Shown: positions 1-6,341 of the stretch, piece by piece
Layout of the letters: each line of letters begins with the position of its first letter
Position numbering within the stretch: the first letter of the stretch is position 1
Source: Candidatus Omnitrophota bacterium
Lineage (GTDB): Bacteria; Omnitrophota; Gorgyraeia; JABMRG01; JAFGKX01
Direction: 5' to 3'
DNA length: 21,090 nucleotides
NCBI GenBank assembly: GCA_020354945.1
Contig: CP070655.1
Coordinates: 336,809 to 357,898, forward strand
The notes under the pieces: model-generated
Told to the model about the DNA's origin: nothing
Database searches by the model: none
The model's input: only the letters and a program-made list of their open reading frames with translations
Program-made: the position numbers and the translations under genes

Positions 1-228
1 CTTATAATTATTATTGATCAGATGCCTTGCGCATACTAAACCATCTCCGCCATTATTGCCTCTTCCGCAAAATATAGCTACTATATTAGTTTTACTTTTA
101 AGGTAGGGAGTGATTAAGTGAGCAACAGCCCTTCCTGCATTTTCCATTAGTACTATAGGCGGTATGCCATATTTCTCAATCGCCTCAGCATCTATCTGCT
201 TCATCTTGGCAGCAGTTACAGGTTTCAT
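1..228 (-). CDS. nnrE: NAD(P)H-hydrate epimerase (YjeF_N), N-terminal 76 aa; runs off the window edge
   Basis: Not in the ORF track. Manual translation from ATG at 228 gives MKPVTAAKMKQIDAEAIEKYGIPPIVLMENAGRAVA...IFCGRGNNGGDGLVCARHL, which has the LMENAG and GxGNNGGDG motifs of YjeF_N. Confidence 0.92.
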   Translation of the reverse strand, partial: MKPVTAAKMKQIDAEAIEKYGIPPIVLMENAGRAVAHLITPYLKSKTNIVAIFCGRGNNGGDGLVCARHLINNNYK

Positions 229-247
229 GTTTGCAGGCTGGATGTCT

Positions 248-1552
248 TTAGGTTGCGGGCCTTTTTAGCAGTTTATACATATTATTCTTATATGCCTCCA
301 CGCCCGGTTGATTGAAGGGATTTATGCCTAATAAATACCCTGAGGCTGCTACTGCTATTTCAAAGAAATAATATATTCCTCCAAGATAATAAGGCGATCT
401 TTCGGGTACGTGTATGGTCATATTTGGCACGCCGCCTGAGGTATGGGCCTGGGCTGTTCCTTGATAGGCCTTTTTGTCTATATAATCAAGTTCCTTGCCG
501 TAAATATAATTTAGCTCATCGAAATTTTCTTTAAAATACGGTATCTTTACCTTATTGAGTGGCTTATCTATAATTAAAAAAGTTTCAAAGATATTCCTTT
601 TGCCTTCTTGAATTAATTGGCCGAGTGAATGCAAATCAGTAGTAAAGTCGGCTATGGCAGGAAATATCGCCTTGCTATCCTTGCCTTCGGTTTCAGCAAA
701 TAATTGTTTCCACCACTCAAGTAAATAATGTAATGACGGATGAAAGCCGGCTAATATCTCGATAAATTTAGCAGACCTATATAGAAGATTGCGAATTCCT
801 GCGTATTGATAAGCAATGTTTTCTTCTATTTTACATCTAAATATATATCTTTCCATACAGGCTGCGCCTTTTAATAACCCCTCGATATCTATGCCGGCGC
901 AGGCCATAGGCAAAAGGCCGACAGGGCTAAGAACAGAGAATCTTCCGCCTACATCATCGGGTATAACAAACGTTCTAAACCCTTCTTTGGAAGCTAATTT
1001 TTTAAGGCGGCCTTTTTTCCTATCGGTGGTGAAAATTATCCGTTTTGCAATCTCTCTCTTATTGTAACGTCTTTTCATAAAATCATATATAATTCTAAAA
1101 GCTAAAGCCGGTTCTGTGGTAGAGCCTGATTTTGATATGACGTTGACATATAATTCCTTACCGGTATTTATAATATCCAATAAATCCTTCGTATAATCCG
1201 AGCTCAAATTAGTGCCGCAGAAATATATCTTAAAGTTCTCCTCGTCTCTTTTAAAGAGCGGAGATAAAAACTCGATACCTGCCCTGGCTCCGAGATAAGA
1301 ACCGCCTATGCCTATACATAATAATATATCAGAATTTTTTTGTATTTCTTGTGCAGTATTTTTTATTTCAGATATGAGCGTTTTAGTTGTATTGGAAGGA
1401 AGGTGTAGCCAGCCTAAAAAATCTCCCCATTCACCTTTGCCTTTTTTGAGCTTTTTATCAACAGTGACTATCTCCGCCAAAATTGAATCAATTTGGCTCT
1501 GGTTAATAAATGGCTTTATATTACTCGTATCTAATGTTATTTTATTTTCCAT
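248..1552 (-). CDS. pgi: Glucose-6-phosphate isomerase (Bacillus-type short form)
   Basis: Motifs GIGGSYLG, VISKSGSTTE, DVGGRFSVLSPVGL, TDLHSLGQ, NPFNQPGVEAYK; GAGGA RBS 7 nt upstream. Confidence 0.97.
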   Translation of the reverse strand: MENKITLDTSNIKPFINQSQIDSILAEIVTVDKKLKKGKGEWGDFLGWLHLPSNTTKTLISEIKNTAQEIQKNSDILLCIGIGGSYLGARAGIEFLSPLFKRDEENFKIYFCGTNLSSDYTKDLLDIINTGKELYVNVISKSGSTTEPALAFRIIYDFMKRRYNKREIAKRIIFTTDRKKGRLKKLASKEGFRTFVIPDDVGGRFSVLSPVGLLPMACAGIDIEGLLKGAACMERYIFRCKIEENIAYQYAGIRNLLYRSAKFIEILAGFHPSLHYLLEWWKQLFAETEGKDSKAIFPAIADFTTDLHSLGQLIQEGKRNIFETFLIIDKPLNKVKIPYFKENFDELNYIYGKELDYIDKKAYQGTAQAHTSGGVPNMTIHVPERSPYYLGGIYYFFEIAVAASGYLLGINPFNQPGVEAYKNNMYKLLKRPAT

Positions 1553-1559
1553 AAGTTTG

Positions 1560-1617
1560 TCCTCGCATAATGATTGTTCGCGGCCAGCTCATCCCGAACG
1601 AATGTGAGGAGAGGCCT
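1560..1617. repeat. Palindromic REP-like element in the pgi leader
   Basis: TCCTCGCAT(1560-1568)/ATGTGAGGA(1602-1610) arms plus GTTCG/CGAAC inner stem. 1591-1610 resembles 8788-8807. Confidence 0.55.
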
Positions 1618-1621
1618 CATC

Positions 1622-2389
1622 CTACGGTTTCTCTTTAACGAATATATCTTTTATCGTATTTTTGATATCTTTTGCAGTATCCTTGATGGTTTGCGAGGCG
1701 TCTTGCGAAAAGTCTTTTATTATAACTCCTCCTATGTCCATCACCTCGGTTAAATCTTCTTTTAGTATATTCATGTTAAAATTGATAAGCTGATATATGT
1801 CAGTTTGCATAAGCGCCTTATACATAATGGTGCTAACCAGCGCCTTTGGGTCATCTACGTTTTTGAAAAGCTGGTTTCTAAGGCCTATATTATATACCTT
1901 AATCACCGCTGCTCTGTTTTTATAATAATCTTTGTATATAACTTTCCCGATAGAAAGGTAAAGCCTGTCTATTTTAAAAGCTCCTGTCTTTTTTTTTGGC
2001 ATGCCTGGTTTTTGAAGGCTCTTTATAGACATAAAATTTAGATGCCCGGTTCGATTTCTTACAATGAGCAGTTCCTTTAAATCTATCTTTAAAATATTAA
2101 AATGGACTTTTCGCAATATAGCAGCCCCTGGATTATAATCAAGGTAGGCAAATGGTATATCTGCCATAACAGCTTCTTCAAAGCCGGCGGGATTATATAA
2201 TCTCAAATGTTTTACATCGATATTATGCTTACCTATATCGGCATTAATATCTCCGACGGTTATTCTGAGATCGGTCAATGATTTGACAGAATTTACCAGG
2301 ATTGACTTAACTATCGTATTTCTTGCCTTAAAAGCTGTAAAGAAAGCTACAAGCAAGAATATAAAAAGCCATATTAATAATTTCTTCAT
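1622..2389 (-). CDS. AsmA/DUF748-like membrane-anchored periplasmic protein
   Basis: N-terminal hydrophobic anchor, LRLYNPAGF motif, beta-rich body, FKIDRLYLSIGKVIYKD; resembles short AsmA-like proteins. Confidence 0.6.
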   Translation of the reverse strand: MKKLLIWLFIFLLVAFFTAFKARNTIVKSILVNSVKSLTDLRITVGDINADIGKHNIDVKHLRLYNPAGFEEAVMADIPFAYLDYNPGAAILRKVHFNILKIDLKELLIVRNRTGHLNFMSIKSLQKPGMPKKKTGAFKIDRLYLSIGKVIYKDYYKNRAAVIKVYNIGLRNQLFKNVDDPKALVSTIMYKALMQTDIYQLINFNMNILKEDLTEVMDIGGVIIKDFSQDASQTIKDTAKDIKNTIKDIFVKEKP

Positions 2390-2396
2390 GGTGTGA

Positions 2397-2446
2397 ACGC
2401 CTCGTAGGTGTGGCAGGCAGATTCGCTTTCCTCGCCTACGAGGTGT
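2397..2446. repeat. 50-bp palindromic dispersed repeat, copy 1
   Basis: ACGCCTCGTAGGTG...CGCCTACGAGGTGT hairpin; 39/50 identical to 20517-20566 with no gaps. Confidence 0.85.
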
Positions 2447-2487
2447 TTCTAATCTCTCTACTTAATCCATACAACTTAATCCTGTAT

Positions 2488-3051
2488 TCAAAACTCCACC
2501 TTGGGAACTGCTTTGGCTGCTGCCTCTGCCTCGAAGAATTCAGCAGGCTTTTTACCCCTTAGTGATGCAAAAATGACGCCCGGTATATTCTTCACATAAA
2601 TATTATATGCCCTAACATCCCGGTTATACCTATTTCGCTCAACTGCAATCCTGTTTTCTGTGCCTTCTAACTGGGCCTGCAGAGTCAAGAAATTCTGACT
2701 CGCCTTCAGGTCAGGATAACTCTCAGCTACTAAAAGCAGCCTTGATAAGGCGCCGCCTAAACCTTCGGCAGCTTTTATCTTCTCCCCCCTTGTCTGGGCC
2801 TTGGCCCATTGGCTTCTAAGCTCTGTCACTCTGGTAAAAAGTTCTTTTTCATGCGAGGCATATCCCTTAACTGTCCTCACCAGATTAGGGATAAGGTCAA
2901 TTCTCCTCTGTAACTGGTTTTCAACCTGTGCCCACCCTTCCGAAACTTTCTGATCCAGCACAATTACTTTGTTCCATCCACTAATAAACCAACCTGCGAA
3001 TATAACCAATACTACACCTATTGTAATTAACACAATCAACCACTTTTTCAT
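2488..3051 (-). CDS. lemA: LemA family protein
   Basis: N-terminal TM; WAQVENQLQRRIDLIPNLV, KGYASHE, ESYPDLKASQNF, LEGTENRIAVER motifs; GGAGG RBS. Confidence 0.96.
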   Translation of the reverse strand: MKKWLIVLITIGVVLVIFAGWFISGWNKVIVLDQKVSEGWAQVENQLQRRIDLIPNLVRTVKGYASHEKELFTRVTELRSQWAKAQTRGEKIKAAEGLGGALSRLLLVAESYPDLKASQNFLTLQAQLEGTENRIAVERNRYNRDVRAYNIYVKNIPGVIFASLRGKKPAEFFEAEAAAKAVPKVEF

Positions 3052-3088
3052 AACTACACCTCCAAATTTTTACCAAAAAATAACACCA

Positions 3089-3315
3089 CAGGCGAAGGCG
3101 CTGTGACAATTTGAGCAAAGCAATAAGGATTTTGTATGCTTATCGGAGCGACTGTCAAAAATTGCGAGAACAACGGCAAGAAGCGAGCAATTTTTGCCAC
3201 AGCGAACAAAAAGTGCCTTTTTGCCGAAGGCAAAGAAATCCTTTTTGCGAGCGACAAGCGGAGATAAGCATGCACAATCTAAAAGAGTGCCCCTGCGAAA
3301 ATTGCCATAGGCCTG
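3089..3315. other. Nested, branched palindromic element (~230 bp; structured ssDNA/RNA or MITE-like)
   Basis: Paired arms 3089-3093/3311-3315, 3101-3112/3299-3310, 3128-3144/3263-3279, 3153-3165/3187-3199, 3207-3213/3241-3247 and a TTGCC-GAA-GGCAA hairpin. Confidence 0.7.
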
Positions 3316-3321
3316 AGCGCA

Positions 3322-4098
3322 TTACCAACCCCCGCTTGCTCCTCCGCCGCCTGATAATCCACCGCCGAAACCACCAAAGCCGCCGCTAAAGCCGCCACCT
3401 GTTCCATGATAACCAGTGCCATACCACATCCCGCCTCTTCTTCTGCCCATGCCGCCGAGAATAAAATAGAATAAAAGTCCGGAACGAAGCCCAAATATAA
3501 GAATAAAAAATGATAATGTCATTAAAAGGCGCAGCAGTGTTGCTGCAGGACTGGCCGGTGTTACTGTTGCTGCCCTGGCATAACCTGCAGCGCCTGTAAG
3601 TTTAACATTATACTCTTTAGCAGCAAGTTGCGCAACGGAAACAGCCCCAAGAACAATGCCTTTGCTAAAATTTCCCTGCTTAAATTGCGGTATCATAATC
3701 CGGCTTATAATCTGATTTGCTATTGCATCTGGAATGGCCCCCTCTAAACCATAACCTGTCTCTATCCTGACCTTTTTATCATTAGCTGCCATTAAAATAA
3801 GTACACCGTTATCTTTCTCCTTCGTGCCTATGCCCCATTTTTCAAAAAGCTCTACCGCATATTGTTCAATGGTCGATGGCTTTGTGGTGGGCATGGTTAC
3901 AACTGCAATCTGGGCGGTTGTCTCTGTCTCTAACTCTTGAGCTAATGCCTCAATGGTTCGTTCATCCTCAGCACTTATAACATTGGCAAAATCATTTACA
4001 TAACCGCGGTAAGCAGGCATTCCGGCCTCTTCCTGAGCATATGCAAAATTTGCAGTTATTATCAATAATGTCGAAATTAAAATGAGCTTTTTAATCAT
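3322..4098 (-). CDS. TPM domain protein (YgcG-like) with Gly-rich C-terminus
   Basis: Signal peptide; YVNDFANVI, QIAVVT, WGIGTKEKDNGVLIL, RIETGYGLEGAIPD; TM helix; GGGLSGGGGASGGW tail. Confidence 0.93.
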   Translation of the reverse strand: MIKKLILISTLLIITANFAYAQEEAGMPAYRGYVNDFANVISAEDERTIEALAQELETETTAQIAVVTMPTTKPSTIEQYAVELFEKWGIGTKEKDNGVLILMAANDKKVRIETGYGLEGAIPDAIANQIISRIMIPQFKQGNFSKGIVLGAVSVAQLAAKEYNVKLTGAAGYARAATVTPASPAATLLRLLMTLSFFILIFGLRSGLLFYFILGGMGRRRGGMWYGTGYHGTGGGFSGGFGGFGGGLSGGGGASGGW

Positions 4099-4851
4099 CT
4101 AAACCTTTAACTCATCTGCCGCAATTGCGAGCTTTCCACTCTCCCGGATATATCTTTCAAAAAATGGCTCTACGTCCTGCGAGCCTATTTTGTTATCCGT
4201 TTTCTTATCCCGCAATATTGCTAAGAAAACAGTTGGGTCTATTCCGAAATTTTTACCGAGGCTGTTTATTATCCCTTCCTTATCAGTGGATGGTATTTGG
4301 GCTGTCTTTAAACGAAGGAGCCCTCTGAATATTGGAAAGAGTGAATTAAGAGACTCTTTCAACAGCGCATCTATGCCTTTTTTCCTTAAGCCTATCTCTA
4401 AATATGCTTCTCTTATTCTTATCAATTTACCCTTAAGCTGTTGCTCGCATTGCAATCTTATGTTAGATTCATCAACAGGAAGGTCCTTGAGCAAATCCTG
4501 TCCATAGAGCAGGCGATAGTTATCTTTCATTTCTAAAAATTCGGCTGGAAATACATCGGTTGAAGTTTGCATATGCCTTACCGTTAGCATTAAAGGGGCG
4601 GCTATTCTCTTGCTTATGCCAGAAGAAACAAGTTTAAGAGACTTTTTTAAATCAGAAAATTGCAGACTCTTTAAAATTACCGCCATATTAGCATCGGACT
4701 TTCCCGGAATATAGTTTCTTCCAGTGGCGCTGCCATATATAAAAATTGATACGATATTGTCGCCATGAATTTTAAGCAATTGCTGGGAGTACTTACGGAT
4801 TTTTTTCCTTATCTCTTCTGGCAGTATCTCGATATTTATTATATGGGCCAT
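4099..4851 (-). CDS. Pol-beta-like nucleotidyltransferase-domain protein (LemA/TPM-associated)
   Basis: IFIYGSATG...SDAN motif, DVFPAEFLEM, RLQCEQQLKGKLIRIRE helical C-domain; AAGGAG RBS; abuts the TPM gene. Confidence 0.8.
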   Translation of the reverse strand: MAHIINIEILPEEIRKKIRKYSQQLLKIHGDNIVSIFIYGSATGRNYIPGKSDANMAVILKSLQFSDLKKSLKLVSSGISKRIAAPLMLTVRHMQTSTDVFPAEFLEMKDNYRLLYGQDLLKDLPVDESNIRLQCEQQLKGKLIRIREAYLEIGLRKKGIDALLKESLNSLFPIFRGLLRLKTAQIPSTDKEGIINSLGKNFGIDPTVFLAILRDKKTDNKIGSQDVEPFFERYIRESGKLAIAADELKV

Positions 4852-4877
4852 TTCTTTACTCCTTATGCTATCGTTTT

Positions 4878-4933
4878 GTATCTCGTTGTTTGTATCTCGT
4901 GAATCGTCAAACGAGATACTAGTTACGAGATAC
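4878..4933. repeat. Doubled inverted repeat of the 9-mer GTATCTCGT
   Basis: GTATCTCGT at 4878 and 4892; its reverse complement ACGAGATAC at 4911 and 4925 (14-bp period on each side). Confidence 0.85.
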
Positions 4934-5692
4934 GAAGTCTTTTATAACTCGACGGGTTAAGCCGTCTTTCAATTCAACCTTTTCGCCATTAACCGCAACA
5001 TATGTAGGTTTCACTGAACCGCACCAGGCCCCGCAATTAGCATAAATGCCTTTTTTAAATTTAACCATTTTTGCCCTATGGGTATGTCCGAAAATCACTA
5101 TTTTCTTTCCATTGTTGATTAAGGCCATAGCAGCCCTCTCGTATTCTGATAAATCCCCGCCTCTTTTTATGTATTCTGCGCTGGAGGGCGGGACTTTATT
5201 TTTTATCTTCGTTACTTTAGCTGTCCACTCATCAATATCAGGATGAATTACCCTCTCTGCCCAGCCGCAAATATAAGAAGCTGTCCTGCCCCATCGATTT
5301 TTAACGGCTAACCCGGGGTCTTTATACCGGTTAAATACATCGTATTGGTTTCCATGTTCTGCATGCAGGTTGATTTTTTCATCATTGTATTCCAATGCGA
5401 CATCAATGCTGGAATCTATATATTTGACAAATGGAATATGATCGTGGTTTCCTATAATATAAAAGAGTTTTTTATCTTTAGCAAAGGTAAGCAGCTTTTC
5501 TATTACCTTATGGTGATAGAAGATTATCTTGTTTAAATCACACTGCCATAATTCAAAAAAGTCTCCCACAATTACAAGTTCTTCACAATTTTCTTTGGCA
5601 AAATCAAGAAATCCTAAAAATTCGTCTGTATAGTGAAAATCGTCTGCTTTGGAACCATCACCTAAATGAAGGTCGCTTATAAAAAACTTCAT
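4919..5692 (-). CDS. Calcineurin-like metallophosphoesterase (LpxH/UDP-2,3-diacylglucosamine hydrolase-like family)
   Basis: DLHLG, GDFFE, GNHD, EHG, GHTH metal-binding motifs and a terminal YANCGAW motif. Confidence 0.85.
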   Translation of the reverse strand: MKFFISDLHLGDGSKADDFHYTDEFLGFLDFAKENCEELVIVGDFFELWQCDLNKIIFYHHKVIEKLLTFAKDKKLFYIIGNHDHIPFVKYIDSSIDVALEYNDEKINLHAEHGNQYDVFNRYKDPGLAVKNRWGRTASYICGWAERVIHPDIDEWTAKVTKIKNKVPPSSAEYIKRGGDLSEYERAAMALINNGKKIVIFGHTHRAKMVKFKKGIYANCGAWCGSVKPTYVAVNGEKVELKDGLTRRVIKDFVSRN

Positions 5693-6126
5693 CTGTTTTT
5701 TCTTAAAGACATCACATGCAGCTTGCTTCTGTCAAGCCTGCAAGCAGTCTGTATCTTCTTCTCTATTTCAGGAGGATAATTACTGGTATATTTAAAACCA
5801 TATCTTTCGAAGTATTTAGGGATGTGGGTCAGGATATAAACGGGCTTATCATTGTTCATAATCGACATAACATATTTAAAGAGCATGGTGCTTATGCCCT
5901 TGCCTCTCCAGTAGTAATCCACCCCCATTGAGCAAGGTTCGTAAAATGTCGGAAATTCAAAATATCTTATAAAACCTATAGGCTTGCCTTCTTTGTTTCT
6001 TGCTACAAAAAACTGCTCAACCGAGATATTTCTGCCATCGAGCCAATATTTTTCGATCTTTTCTTTTATATAAGGCAAATCCGAAGGTTTTGCTTTTGTA
6101 ATAGTTATTTCGGGATTTCTATCCAT
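5689..6126 (-). CDS. GNAT family N-acetyltransferase (ArgA-like)
   Basis: FFVA..IGFIR, VDYYWRGKGIS acetyl-CoA motif, YFERYGF; ATGA overlap with the next gene. Confidence 0.85.
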   Translation of the reverse strand: MDRNPEITITKAKPSDLPYIKEKIEKYWLDGRNISVEQFFVARNKEGKPIGFIRYFEFPTFYEPCSMGVDYYWRGKGISTMLFKYVMSIMNNDKPVYILTHIPKYFERYGFKYTSNYPPEIEKKIQTACRLDRSKLHVMSLRKNR

Positions 6127-6134
6127 TTTCTGCT

Positions 6135-6163
6135 ATTCTACTATAAGAAAAACAACGTTGCAA
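6135..6163 (-). promoter_or_regulatory. Sigma70-type promoter for GNAT gene (probably leaderless or near-leaderless)
   Basis: Minus strand TTGCAA-17 nt-TAGAAT, 8 nt before ATG; no SD sequence. Confidence 0.6.
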
Positions 6164-6169
6164 TAGAAA

Positions 6170-6243
6170 TTAGGGACGTTTCCGGTTTTGTTCGGGAACC
6201 TGCCCTAAATTTGTTCGGGAACCTGTCCCCGAAACGTCCCTAA
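6170..6243. repeat. Composite element: 13-bp perfect terminal inverted repeat enclosing a 16-bp direct repeat
   Basis: TTAGGGACGTTTC(6170-6182)/GAAACGTCCCTAA(6231-6243); TTTGTTCGGGAACCTG at 6187-6202 and 6210-6225. Confidence 0.85.
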
Positions 6244-6341
6244 AGCATTTTTATCATTGCATCTTTTATGCCAAGGGTGATTGCTTGATAATCATCCTCT
6301 GCTTTGAGCTGGTAGCCTTTCTCCAATAATGACTTTGGATC

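Noticed and set aside
3089-3315. Integron attC site or tRNA
   Set aside because: No RYYYAAC/GTTRRRY boundary pair, cloverleaf or T-loop motif was found, and the neighbours are not cassette-like.
3054-3389. ORFs 3054-3275 (-) and 3111-3389 (+) in the TPM-lemA gap
   Set aside because: They have atypical composition and no family motifs, and coincide with the palindromic element, which better explains the sequence.
3325-3420. GC-rich CCGCC/CCACC repeats
   Set aside because: These are codons of the normal Gly-rich TPM C-terminal tail.
6187-6225. 16-bp direct repeat as a possible CRISPR remnant
   Set aside because: Only two units with a 7-nt spacer, far too short, and no cas genes.
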